Source of the DNA: Tubulanus polymorphus
Lineage: Eukaryota; Animalia; Nemertea
Length of the DNA: 64,000 nucleotides
Assembly: GCF_964204645.1 (NCBI RefSeq)
Contig: NC_134027.1
Span: forward strand, 18,376,560 to 18,440,559
Direction: 5' to 3'
Made by a program: the position numbers and the translations under genes. The notes below the pieces were generated by a model. That model worked only from the letters and a program-made list of their open reading frames with translations. It was not told the DNA's origin and did no database searches. Below, one piece after another: positions 34,799-47,688 of this stretch (position 1 is the stretch's first letter; each line of letters begins with the position of its first letter).

Positions 34799-36041
34799 GC
34801 CTAAAATATGACTCAAGCAGGTATTTAATACCGATATGAAATGATTTCAAGTGTTAAAATCGATAAGGAATAAATGAATATATTATATTTCATGTCATCT
34901 CGGTTCATCTCTGTATGTTGTATCTTGTACATTGTTTCATTGCAATATTAAAAAGTTGGTTTTGTGTCTAGATTTCTAAATCCAGTGTAGCAACCTTCTA
35001 ATTTTAACCACCTTCAAGTATCTCGCCAACAAATCGCCACAATGCCGATGGCAGCCATGACTATTTGAATTTGTGCTACAGGTGCCATTTACCCCAGGAT
35101 CTGTCCCTGGTGGCATTGAGATTGTGAAATATGTATCCAGCTGGGCACTTAGTCCCTTGGCCCCTAGTTGTCTTGGTATCTGCTGTCATCTGTTTGTCAG
35201 CAGAATAATTATTAGGGTTTCTGTGATGGGAAGAAAAAATGTCAGTTAGCCATTATTGGGGGGGGGGGGAATTCTACAAGTCTGTGTCTATGTCAAGATG
35301 AACAATGCAGTGGTGAAATCCATAGGGGGGAGATTTGAGGATTTGTGGTCTATAGGCCTACTGTAAAACTAAAAGTACCACAGAGTAGTGCCTGTCACGT
35401 AAACTTCATTTATTGCTCAAAGTATCACTCACAGAGAGCTTTTACACAGTTTCATTGGCGAACATGTGTGAACTATACCATTATGGAAAATAGGGTAGGT
35501 AAGAATGTCGTTGACCGACTGTAACTATGCTTTGTAAGGAATGTAGGTATGGCCTATGCGCTATTACTACTACACTACATCATCAGCTACGCATTTTATT
35601 ATTAAAAGCAATCGTTAGATTGAAATAAACTAAAATTAGAACACTATAAAGTCTTTAGTGAACTAATAATTAGTTTCTTTTCACAATCCGGAATTTTCAG
35701 GATCTGAGGAAAATAGGACCACTTTTGGCTGTCCATTTAACGGTAAAAATACAGCCTCATGGAAAACCCGAATTAAATCACATAGTATAATTACCTCAGT
35801 GAGAGGATATATGTGCCCTATTTAAATTTGGGCCCAAGGATCAGAGGTCTAGGTCACTAGAGGTCATTCGCGTGAAACCTTGTTAACATGATTCGAGAAG
35901 AACCATTGATAGCCGGACAATGATATTACATAGTAGGATTACCCCTGGCGATTGATTTTATGGTCAAAGGTCAAGTTCACAGAAGGTTATTTATGCGATA
36001 CCTTAAAAATGCAATTCAATATGAACCATTGATAACAGGAC

Positions 36042-37882
36042 TATTCTCACTACGTGGCGCTGCGGACATACGGAAGAAATAAGTTTGGCTTTGGTCTTCC
36101 TCGCTGTCGGACGTGCTTTTACTGTTGTGGTGGTTCACAGTTTGGCATTGTTCTGTGACCGTGTGTACTTATGTTGAACTGTGTGGCTTCCTTTTTGCAG
36201 TTCGGAGCCTGTCGTCCGGGGTATTCCACTGTGTGTGGAATAGGGGATAGTCCACTGTGTGTGCATGGCCAATGTGTTTGGACTTTGATAATTTTTGATT
36301 GCCCACTTCGGTGGTCGGATCCAATGTGTTTGGACAAATTCTATAGATACGAATATTTTGATTGCCCACTTCGGTGGTCGGATCCAATGTGTTTGGACAA
36401 ATTCTTAGATACGTATATTTTGATTGCCCACTTTGATGGTCGGATCCAATGTGTTTGGACAAATTTTGAGGCTACTGTGTGTGGCTGTTCACTGTGTGTG
36501 GACTAGAGGATGCGTGCCTTGCAGGACTGTGTGTCCTGTTGCCTACTGTGTGCCGGCTGGGGGTATGCCCCGGAGTCCGCTGTGTGTGAGAAAAGATTGG
36601 AAGAATCGTTACGTTTAATAAAGAGTGATAATGAATAAGTGGATTTTAGGGCAGGGAAAACTCGAGCAGAGAAAACCCGAGAGGTCAGGGTTGTTGGTTC
36701 TCCATATTCAATGTGTGTTTCGGTATAGTACGCCCTACTATTGTGAGATTTATTGGGCAGGGAGTTCGCCTATTATTTCAGTTTTCTGATCCGTTCCGGT
36801 GATTTTATTTAGCGCATTTTCGTTTCCGTGGGTAGTTTAGTCGCGCTCAACGCCTGATTTAGTTTGCTCCATTCGTGCGGGACGTGTGTCAAATACCTTA
36901 CATTTTGCAGTTTTACGCGAGCACTCAGATCTTAGTATTTTCATATTTCTTGTTTACGCAGCTTCGTGTTGTGTTTGCCCTTGTATTCCACAGGTTTTTT
37001 TTTGTTGGTCAATTTGTCTTTTACCGTTTTCCGAGGTGGAAATGAAATTGCAAAAGATTTGGCATCTAAAACCTGTCGATTGTTTATGCTGGTAATAAAG
37101 TTAGGTCGTTGATCAGTTTCAATGTGTTGTTTATATTGCGTCCTGTTTTCAATTCTCTAGTTGCGGGCCTCTTAGTGTCCGTTGTCATGGCTTCGGTCAT
37201 GTTGGCTGGGGGGTTGGTTTAGTATACTCCTTTTAGTTGCCTTGGGATACGGTACGATCTGCTTTGAAGGTGTGGATTCTATTCTCGACGATTGTGGTTA
37301 CCGTTGGGTAACTATTGGGGGGTTGCTTTTCCTTCCCTCTGGTCATGTGTCCGCGGTTGATGATGCTTACAAACCATTGTGCGTGTACATTTGAGCGTCT
37401 AGGGAGGTTCAGTCCCGTAAGGCTTTTACATATGATCTCAATATTGCTTCTGTGCGATTGCCGTTTTGATCTAATGTTTAACTCCCCTTTTATGGTTTGG
37501 GTTTGGGTTTTGGGATGTTAGTTTTGGGGTTTTATGGCTTGTCTATTCGGAGTGTTTGGTGCGTCGCTTGGGCAGTACCGGTTTTTCCCCATATCTTATA
37601 TTTCTGTAGTATGCCCGCACAACAGGGAGTGAGAATATTATACTATTCTCACTACGTGGCGCTGCGGACATGCGGAAGAAATCAGTTTGGCTTTGGTTGA
37701 GTTGGTTAGGCCAGCTGTGCTGTTGAATGGAGTTTATTAGTCCGGGAGTCAGAAAAAAAGAGAAAAAAAAAACTTTATTGTAGGTTGTCGCTCCTTTGTG
37801 CGAGCATGCTGCGGTCCCGGTTTTTCCCCATATCTTATATTTCTGTAGTATGCCCACACAACAGGGAGTGAGAATATTATAC
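36042..37882 (+). mobile_element. Putative non-autonomous tyrosine-recombinase retroelement (Ngaro/PAT-like split direct repeats)
   Basis: A1 36042-36095, B1 37572-37643, A2 37644-37697, B2 37811-37882. No true TSD, only a shared AC dinucleotide. No RT or YR ORF. Confidence 0.72.
36292..36466 (+). repeat. ~62-bp tandem repeat, 3 copies
   Basis: TTTTGATTGCCCACTTCGGTGGTCGGATCCAATGTGTTTGGACAAATT recurs three times. Confidence 0.9.
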
Positions 37883-38204
37883 AATTCTATTTCATAGTAC
37901 ATGTATGCTTTCCCCCAGGGAGAGTATGTGCCATGATTTTGGCGTTCAAAGCCAAGGTTAGTAAAAGGTCCTTTGCCTTGTAAATGTAATTCATAAAGAT
38001 CCATTCATAGCTGGACAATGATATTTCATAGTATGGTTAGCCTACCCCTGTATACACTCATCATTTTTTGGTATCAAAGATCAGGGTCTTCAAGGGTTAT
38101 TCTCAACTGGCTTTTGCGGGGGACGTATGTACATAGTATCGAATTGCCTTATAACTATCATTTCAGGAGTACGTTCGAAGCCTTGGATTAGCTAATTACT
38201 TAAA

Positions 38205-38386
38205 ATGGATGGTGACGCGGAAGGATTTTTGGATTTGCTGCAACAAGCAGAGCAGTTAACTGCTGACATGGATACTGGTGAAGATTTACCGCGAGTTGAT
38301 CGAAATCTTTCACAAATCATGGAAGTCGGACAAAGATTGTGGACTCGTACTGCACATACAATTCAGGATAGTACAGACGTTAAAGC
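38205..38386 (+). CDS. NUP93: Nucleoporin Nup93, coding exon 1 (acceptor at 38165-38166, ATG at 38205)
   Basis: MDGDAEGFLDLLQQAEQLTADMDTGEDLPRVDRNLSQIMEVGQRL...DVKA matches the metazoan NUP93 N-terminus (MDTEGFGELLQQAEQL...LPHVERNLQEI). GT donor at 38387. Confidence 0.93.
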
Positions 38387-38473
38387 GTAGGTGTTGCTAC
38401 AATTTCATGGGAGAAATTGAAGATTTCCGGGATCTTTTTATAATTGTTATGCTGAAATGTTGAATTTTTTCAG

Positions 38474-38591
38474 ATCTATACTGTTGGGATCAAAGGGATT
38501 TGATGTTCCAAAAATATCACAAAAACTAGAAACATTGAGCACGGTGAAAACATTTGAACCATTGGAACCTGTGAGAGATACTGATATTCAG
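38474..38591 (+). CDS. NUP93: Nup93 coding exon 2
   Basis: [39 protein letters not shown]; AG/GT borders, phase consistent. Confidence 0.93.
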
Positions 38592-38690
38592 GTAACTTTT
38601 CTATTCCAAAAGGGTCTAATACCTGCGTAATAAAAAGTAATTTTACTTAGCCAACTAATGAGGGTTATGTGATAGCTTCTCATTTGTTGA

Positions 38691-39951
38691 TTAGCCCACT
38701 TGGGACTTTAGTCCCAGCGGGCTATTGCGTTCACTTTTCGTCCGTCGTCCGTCCGTCCGTAGACGGAATCCAGTTATTTTGGGAAGTTTTGAAGACGCTT
38801 CAAGGTAATGTCTTGATATTTGGGTTACACATGTATCTACCCAAGACACATCTTCAGCCCAAAAACTGGCCCTGTCAGATTCAAGATGGTCGACTGGCAG
38901 CCATTGTTGTTCGCCAAAATCAGCACTTTTTACACATTTTTGAACTTTTTGAGGGAAATTTCGAAGACGCTTTGATCAATTACCTTGATCTTTTGGATAT
39001 ATGTGAATTCCCCCAGGGCCCATCAGCTTAACAAAAATTGGGTCGATCGGACTCAAGATGGCCGACCTATGACCTTTTTAGTGCCCAAAAATGTTAATTT
39101 TGGCCCAAATTCTGAGTCCTGTGGCTTCCTACTGGTTTATCATTTCTCATTGCAATTTGTGATGGGTATTCTTTGGAAAGGGATGTTTTATACCTGAGAC
39201 AGGTGTTTTTCATCAGCCAATTATGACGTAATTGGCGGCCATCTTGGTGTCAGCAGTACTCATTCGTAAGTGGGAAAAAGTTTTTCCACATTATATTGAT
39301 ACCTAAGCGTATTTTGTTACCACAATCATTTAGAAAGTTGTAGCTCATAACGTGTTCTATGATTGTGGTGAGTTTCAAGGTCATTGGTTTTTGTATATGG
39401 CCACCAGGGGGCGTTGAATAATGCAATATCTTAGTATTTCTATATTATATTCGTATCAATGCATATTTTGTAACCACAATCAATTGCAAAGTTGTAGCTC
39501 ATGACATCATCTATGATTGTGGCAAGTTTTAAGGCCATTAGTTATTCTATATGGTCACCAGGGGGCGTTGAATAGTAGAATAACTTAGTATTTCCTTATT
39601 ATATTGGTACCTAGGCATATTTTGTTACCATGATCAATTACAAAGTTATAGTTCGTGACATGTTCTATGATTGTGGTGAGTTTCAAGGTCATTGGGTTTT
39701 GAATATGGTCACCAGGGGGCGTTGAATAGTAGAATAACTTAGCATTTCCATATTAAAGTGGTAACGAGGCATATTTTGTCATCACAATCAATTACAAAAT
39801 CGTAGCTGCTGACATGTTCTATGATTGTGGTGAGTTTCAAGGTCATTGGATTCTGTATATGGTCACCAGGGGGCGTTGAATATTGAAATTGTTAGATTGT
39901 TGAGCATTTGGAACCACTTCCCAAGTGGGCATGGTGTCCCTGGACCCCTAG
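38691..39951 (+). mobile_element. Non-autonomous Helentron (DINE-1/HINE-like) with 154-bp internal tandem repeats
   Basis: Sub-TIR GCCCACTTGGGA (38694) / TCCCAAGTGGGC (39919), 5' hairpin, (GTCC)n microsatellite, 3' hairpin then CTAG-TT. Four 154-bp units. Confidence 0.85.
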
Positions 39952-41529
39952 TTTGTATGTTGAATCAAGTTAATTTGGGAAGTTTTTAACACACTTTGAT
40001 GTATGCCTATTCACTTGGTATTCGGTGTTCACACCGGACGTATGTACTCATGATAGCCTAATTGATCCGATGAGATTCAAGATGACTGACTGACAGTCAT
40101 AGTTTGTTAGAATGGGAACTTTTTAGCTGTTTTTACCCTCAAAAGTAGCTGCCCATATTACTATACGTGCACTACATAGGAAAGGTGTGTCACTGACATC
40201 TCAAAATCTGATAAAAAAACATGTTCAACCAGGTCATAGCTACTAAGTACATGCATAAAATCGCAGATGCTCAATTGCTCAAAGAAAGAAAAACAATTAT
40301 GGTTTCACAAAGAAATGAAGGTTTTTTATTTACGAAAATCCTATGTTCTCGAAAATTATAAACAAATAGCTCCTTTTAGTGCAGCGTTAATCACAAGCCT
40401 TGAAGAAATGCACATGTTGCGGAACATTCTACTCTTGCTTCATTCCATTTGATCTCTGCAAATCTGCAGTTGTTGTTTGGCTCCAAGATATCGATGGTCT
40501 GCCTAAATGCGTTTCTTCGGAATGAGTTATTGCATTACAAACTGTTATATTTATATATGGCAGGACTGTCTGGTAATATTTTTGACAATTCGATTCAACT
40601 GCTATTTTGTTGTTCAAAGCCCATGGACTTGTCGAAACGAATCTCGTAAAAAAATCATACATTAGAGAATGAAATAGTGCAAGAAAAATGTTTTTAAATC
40701 CCTGACCCTTATTCTTTTCATGGCAATTCCAAAAAGGAGATCAAGATATGAGCCTCACAAAACTTTCAGGTTTCATTTATACAGCTATCTGTACCTGTGA
40801 TGTGGAAGGTTACGTCGTTTGGATGTCGAATATCTAGCATTTTGAAATAGGGCAGTATGGCAAATGTCAGTCAAATGATATTACTATTGAAATGTATGAA
40901 TCTGATTGTTTGATTTTAGAATTTTATATCAGTGTCAATAACATATCAAACCATAGATACATGTCGTGATAACTACAGTAATATGGAGTTCTGAATAATG
41001 TACAATTAAGCATATCTCATAAATACAAGAAACATGATGTATCTTTCATTATCTTCTCACCCTGAATGAAGGAAATCTCAGTCTAAGTGAAAAAGCTTAA
41101 GAGGGCTGTCTATGTTTGAAATAAGTTACTTACAATAGGCACAGTACAATGTTATTACTTCAGGAGGCCAAACCATCTATTTGTGGCCATATTGATAATC
41201 ATCTCGAGTATTAGCTCTTGGTGGCACAAATTGTGACCACTGGATATACTGTCACCCTGATATAATTTGCATATTTCGTAATCATATAGATCTACAATGT
41301 CATATCGAACAGTTCATAACATTTCATAGCTCTACTACATATTAATAATAATAATAATATAATATAACATGACTATAGTGTCAATATGTGCTTTAAGGTC
41401 GTAATCAACATGTGACATTACTCAATATGTTTTCATAATAATGAAAATGTAAATGAAAAATTCAAGGCATTCTCAGAGGACATCCCTGTGATCATTTAAA
41501 GAAAATTCTTAAATTGGAATTCGACACAC

Positions 41530-42170
41530 CTTTGGTCCTACTAAAAGTTCCTTATTTTTCACGTCTACTTCACTCGCTGGACTTGTATGAAGAGACGGTC
41601 TGTCAGCATCGGTAGTCTTTGTTCCATAAACAGTTTCAAACCGTTTGTAGAGTAAGTCTTCTGTCAGGACGGGATCGGGCACAAAGTGTAGATCATCAAA
41701 GTCTTCTAGTCGTGAGGGATTTATGGTACATTACCAGCAATCTTTGGCCAAATTTGATTTACATTTCTCGATCTAAAATATGTAAAACACATCGTAGCTT
41801 ATTAAATGATGAATCACAAAAGCACAATCAGTCATCCACTCTTTAATTCTTCCAATCTATGGTTAATAGTCTAGTGCTGCAAACTAATCACTAACCTACA
41901 GGGTTTTACAAATTAAAGGGTGGATTGTAATCCTTAACTAACCACAGTTGGAAATGTTACACATTTCACATGGGACCACCCGTGACAAATGTTAGACATA
42001 GCACCTGGAAGATGTAGTGGCGCCTCTGGCAGTGTTTGTTCATAAATTCTATTAGCTTTGGACACTTCTCTTCATCCGCCTTCTTAAGTTTATCTGGCTC
42101 CAGAAAAAATATGGACAGAGCACTGAAGAAGTCATCAATCGTCTCTTGTTTGGCTGCTGAATACACCTAA
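41530..42170 (-). pseudogene. Degenerate spliced DNA-transposase-like fragment (possibly Zator-like)
   Basis: Minus-strand peptides KLIEFMNKHCQRRHYIFQ and DDLHFVPDPV...YKRFETVYGTKTTDADRPSL resemble, from memory only, the C-terminal region of animal transposases. Confidence 0.4.
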
Positions 42171-43163
42171 AATTTAACAACAAAATATTCAGAATGTATA
42201 AACAATAGTGTTGTTTCATTGGAAGGTCAAATGTCTTACTGTGACCAATACAGCCTGTTGATAAAGCCAGGTGTCAGCAGGGAAACTTAAAATGAATGCA
42301 AGTTGGTATACTGCAATGGTGGGAGCTCTGTGGTTTAATTGAATTTACATATATCTACTTCACAAAAAGAAAGTGTTTCAGTATATGCCTAAAAAGTCAG
42401 TTTTCCAACCAGTCGACACAAATTTGCAAGAATAGTGAGGGGTGGTGGGTTGTGATGATCAGCTACACGAATTTCACGAACTGGAACCTAACACCTGAGC
42501 CATCAGATCGACAGCAAACAAGAGCCGAGGCCTCCTGAGTAACTACTGGTGAACATTCTACAAAGATAAACGGCTGATTTTCTCATCCAAGCTATTATGC
42601 ACAGTGCCTTGTTCATGACACCAACAGCCGACAATTTGAATCAAATAAGTAATTGCAATATTCCATCAACGATGGTGGACGCTTGTAATTTGAAAAGAAA
42701 ATATAACACTCCGCCTAACTCGGTTCTATTTGGACCGCTATTTATTTAATCAAGTTACCGAATTTTGACTCAAGAGATCAGGGAATTTTAGCCTTTTAAG
42801 TTGGGGAACTGAAAGTATGTAATGGAATTTCGCCGATGCAGTCGGTTTACCAACAGGGTGGAGATTTCTGTACGTAAGTTAATATAGTGGGTTCAATCTT
42901 ATGTAAATTGTCTACTCGTATTGGTACCTAGGCATATGTTATCGAAATCAATTGCAAAATAATGGCTCTTGACAGGTTCTATGATCTCGGTGAGTGTCAA
43001 TGTCATTGGTTTCAGTTAGTATTTCAGTTTAAATTGGGACCTTTCAAATTTTGTAAGCACACGTAACTGCAAATATGTAGCTTTAAACCTGGAGCCTAGT
43101 TATTGATTCAATTTGTTTTGTTAAAGCCTTTGTAATTCCATTATTTTCATTTTTTTGTTTCAG

Positions 43164-43226
43164 GGGTTTCTAAAGAATGAACGTGAGAATGCATTGTTAG
43201 CCACTATTGAACAAACTAGAAAACAC
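43164..43226 (+). CDS. NUP93: Nup93 coding exon 3
   Basis: GFLKNERENALLATIEQTRKH (cf. [21 protein letters not shown]); TTTCAG / GTAAGT borders. Confidence 0.93.
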
Positions 43227-44110
43227 GTAAGTTCAATGGTTGTACATAAAAAGCGGATATGTAGCTGGCAGATAAAGATTTATGTAAACCATATGCGAGG
43301 TAAAAAAAACCCACATAGCCCTTCAATGAAACATCTCTGCGATACGCAAGCCTCGCATAAGGCTAGAAACAATCTATCATCAATTCAATGTTATTCAGCA
43401 AACAAACCAATTTGAATTAATTTCATTCGGCAAACAAACCAATTTGAATTAGATATCATTTGGCATGAATCATAGAAAAATGAAATGACAAAGCATTTGT
43501 TCTTGCCACATCCTCTCGCAATGTCATCGTAAATGCGAAAAAGATAATTAATCAGTTCCTGTATATATTTTTCCTTGTATGATTGAAAAAATGTTGAAAA
43601 CCGTGCTGAAATGTATACGGAGCCCAGTGTATAAGAAATAAATATTATTATTATTTATTCATTCCATATCAGCCAATCCAAAGAACACTCTCGGATACAT
43701 GTTCTTCGATTTATGATAATATCAGCATCGTGGCTTAATGGCCCGTGGGCCTCTTGAATTATGGCCGACATTTATCTACTGATCTACTTCATAGCTCCAT
43801 GTCACTTAGTAAAACTCTACATATCAATAATTGTATAGTTTCGCGCGAGCAGGAGAGTGTACTGCACTGCCATTGGCAGGGAATATAAATATCCAGGGAT
43901 ATCCCTGTGTGTTAGAAATAAAAGAAATCGATGCCAACAAAGGTCACAACACTGCGCTCAGCACACTGAATGGATGAACGAGCAGCCTCAGTTTTCATGG
44001 GCTTGCAGGCTTGCAAGCACATCATGCTATCAAAGGATTGATAACTTGCTTGTGGAGTTGATAACTTCCGTTAGAAACTTTCTTGGACTCTGATATTCAC
44101 ACAGATTTAA

Positions 44111-44389
44111 CCCTTTCAATGCTGACTAATCAATACCCTATAGGCTGGAGATAATTTGAAAATTTTGAAAAATTCCACCTTATTGTGTTGAATAACGGGA
44201 ATACCACTATAGTGCGTCTACACCGCGGCGCAGTGTAGCGTAAGTTACTAATATCTCACTATGTTTGACAGGTGCTGCCATCTTTCAATAGAGATAAAAA
44301 CTAATTACTAATTACATCAATACACAGCCAATGCGCAGTGCAGTGTATTTGCAAAATCCATCACTGATTTATACACCGCACTGCAAGGG
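44111..44389. mobile_element. piggyBac-type MITE
   Basis: TTAA|CCCTTTCAATGC ... GCACTGCAAGGG|TTAA. Confidence 0.75.
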
Positions 44390-44597
44390 TTAATGCAGTA
44401 ATCAAATCTAGGTTCCGTTATCTTTTCTTTGTTTTATGATTTTGTTTAATCGGTTTTGTTATTTCGGCAGTTGACACTAACCTTGTTTGAGCGTACGTGA
44501 TCAGTCTTGAAATTGGTATTCATGGGCGGCATAGTGCTGAAGACAATTCATTCTTTATTGAAACAAATTTCACGATAAAACATTTACTTTCACGTTT

Positions 44598-46815
44598 TTA
44601 GCCCACTTGGGACTTTAGTGCCGGCAGGCTATTGCGTTCACTTTTCGTCCGTCCATAGACGGAATCCCGTTATTATGGGAAGTGTTAAAGACGCTCCAAT
44701 GTAATATCTTGATATTTGGGTTACCCATGTATCTACCCGAGACATCTTCAGATTCAAAATGGCCGACTGGCAGCCATTGTTCGCCAAAATCAGCACTTTT
44801 TGCACATTTTTGAACTTTTTGAGGGAAATTTTAAAGACGCTTTGATCAATTACCTTGATCTTTCGTATATATTTGAATCCCCCAAGGGCCCATCAGCATG
44901 ACAAAAATCGGGTCGATCGGACTCAAGATGGCCGTCTATGAAATTCCTGTAGCGTCCTGTAGCTTCCTACTTGTTTGCCATTTCCCATTGCAATTTGTGG
45001 TGGGTATTCTTTGGAAAGGGATGTTTTATACCTGAGACAGGTATTTTTGATCAGCCAATTAGGGCGCCATTGGCCGCCATCTTGGTGTCATCAGTACTCA
45101 TTCGTAGGCGGGAAAATGTTTTTCCACATTATATTGATACCTAAGCATAATATGTTACCACAATTAATTAGAAAGTTATAGCCCATAACGTGTTCTATGA
45201 TTTTGAATATTACAATAACTTAGTATTTCTGTATTATATTCGTACCTATGCATATTTTGTTACCACAATCAATTGCAAAGTTGTAGCTCATGACATCGTC
45301 AATGATCGTGGTGAGTTTTAAGGTCATTAGTCATTCTATGTGGTCACCAGGGGGTGTTGAATGGTAGAAAACTTATTATTAACTTAGTATTTCCTTATTG
45401 AATTGGTACCTAGGCATATTTTGTTTATAAGAACCCATCGCAGTCTTTTGACTAGGGGATATAAATGTACAGTTGACGCTAAACGCCGATTTCGGTCAAA
45501 ACCCCGCAACACACACGGACCCTGTACAGACAGGACAGAAAGTACTTAAAAACAAGAAAAGCCTGTCCCACCTTTACGCATAAATCCTTGGTTCTATCTC
45601 TCCCACCTTCCAGGTGTGATAGTAGTAATGATATCTCATATATTTCCACATACTACTAGACATTTATGATGTTCTAAAAATGTAAAAAAACGCTGAACTC
45701 AGGCCGCCCGCGTTTTCAGAATCGTCCGTAGCATACATATGATACACACATGATACCGATTCAAGAGTCCTCTAGAATCAAATCAGAATCACTAGAAAAA
45801 CTAAGAGAATGCTAAACAATTTTTTTTATTAATTCTTTACTGTTTATCAACACAAAAACGATGTCTGACTGAAGGTCCACGTGTATAACAATATATATAT
45901 ATATAACATATCTTCGTGTTTACTGTTACGCTCGCATGAAACCGACCTAGTTGCCCAGCCTCTAACGGCCCTGCGGGCCTAATTTTCTTATAATCATGCA
46001 TATTTTGTTGCCACAATCAATTGCAAAGTTGTTGCTCATGACATCGTCAATGATTGTGGTGAGTTTTAATTAAGGTCATTAGTTATTCTATGTGGTCACC
46101 AGGGGGCGTTGAATGGTTGAAAACTTAGTATTTCCTTATTAGATTGGTACCTAGGCATATTTTGTTACCTTGATCAATTGCAAAGTTGTAGTTCATGACA
46201 TGTTCTATGATTGTGGTGAGTTTCAAGGTCATTGGTCATTCAAGAGTCCTCTAGAATCAAATCAGAATCACTAGAAAACTAAGAGAATGCTAAACAATTT
46301 TCTTTATTGATTCTTTACTGTTTATCAACACAAAAATGATGTCTGACTGAAGGTCCACGTGTATAACAATATATATATATATAACATATCTTCGTGTTAA
46401 ATGTTACACTCGCATGAAACCGACCGTGTTGCCCAGCCTCTAACGGCCCTGCGGGCCTAATTTTCTTATAATCATGCATATTTTGTTGCCACAATCAATT
46501 GCAAAGTTGTAGCTCATGACATCGTCAATGATTGTGGTGAGTTTTAATTAAGGTCATTAGTTATTCTATGTGGTCACCAGGGGGCGTTGAATGGTTGAAA
46601 ACTTAGTATTTCCTTATTAGATTGGTACCTAGGCATATTTTGTTACCTTGATCAATTGCAAAGTTGTAGTTCATGACATGTTCTATGATTGTGGTGAGTT
46701 TCAAGGTCATTGGTTTTAATATATGGTCACCAAGAGGCGTTGAATATTGAAATCATTAGATTGTTGAGCATTTGAAACCACTTCCCAAGTGGGCATGGTG
46801 TCCCTGGACCCCTAG
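44598..46815 (+). mobile_element. Second copy of the 38691 Helentron family, with a nested insertion (~45425-45992) and a ~480-bp tandem duplication
   Basis: Same termini (TAGCCCACTTGGGACTTTAGT ... CCCAAGTGGGCATGGTGTCCCTGGACCCCTAG). 45759-46237 is duplicated at 46238-~46713. Confidence 0.85.
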
Positions 46816-47688
46816 CTTTTTGGTTTACCTTTGTCAGCGATATGATGATGGCATTGAGCCAATTCTTGTAAAATCGCGGTACGTTTTTTTATGTGAGCAT
46901 TTGTTTCATTAGTTCACGACTTAAACGACGTATAATCGATGCGATTGAAGACATGACGAAACTCCGTCGATGACATGGTCAACTGAGTTAAAATTCTACG
47001 AAAAACTGTTTTGGCCGGAAAATTCTTAGCTCTCGCGTATATAATTGCAATGACCTCGATTGGGGGGCGTCGTCTCTACGAGCGAATGGGATTGGCTGTT
47101 TTTTGGGATATACGGGGAATTCCGGCGCTACTAAAATAATTATGGGAAAGCCATAGAATGGCGTACTTTTCATTGGACTAGGTGCCGTATACGTGTGAAT
47201 TTCAAATGCTCATTGCTGGTGCGGATGTAATTATTTCACACATCCGCCATAGGTATTGTTTCATTTTAATACCAGGTGATTGTTTTGATTGAGGTGTAAG
47301 CGAATATTTACTTACACGAGGCCTCCACGTGCCCACGGAGTGCTACACGACATACACACAAGCGCCTACAGTACACTACTAAGGGTGATGCTGTAACGCG
47401 TGCACGTTTGACATGAAAATAGGCTGAATAATCGTAGCAGATGAGCGCTGTTTTCTGTTCGATAGAATTTGTAATAGATTGTAATTTCTTGTGACCTGAA
47501 AATACTAAGCAGCAAACTATAAGGTCTGTCGAGGTCTGAATATTGTAGTGGTAAATTCCAGGATTTAAAACGATCTAATAGCCGATTTCTTCTGTACCGG
47601 TATTTTAGCTTCCGCGGCCAACATTGGAAGAGGTTTCCAAGACCCGATATTCAGCCACCCTCTGATATGTGACATCATATGAATTTTA

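Larger units (their letters stand above)
35750..38150 (+). mobile_element. Degenerate Helentron-type element with internal tandem units, interrupted by the 36042-37882 insertion; boundaries approximate
   Basis: Recurrent units CCATTGATAGCCGGACAATGATATTACATAGT and GGTCAAAGGTCAAG at ~35900, 36020/37885 and 38000. Confidence 0.5.

Noticed and set aside
36292-36466. Repeat-spacer-like pattern resembling a CRISPR array
   Set aside because: Only 3 units; the intervening bases are short and similar to each other; no cas genes; eukaryotic context. It is a minisatellite.
38669-45181. ORFs of 60-120 aa at 38669, 38985, 44716 and 44975
   Set aside because: They lie within non-coding Helentron copies and are not conserved in frame between the two copies.
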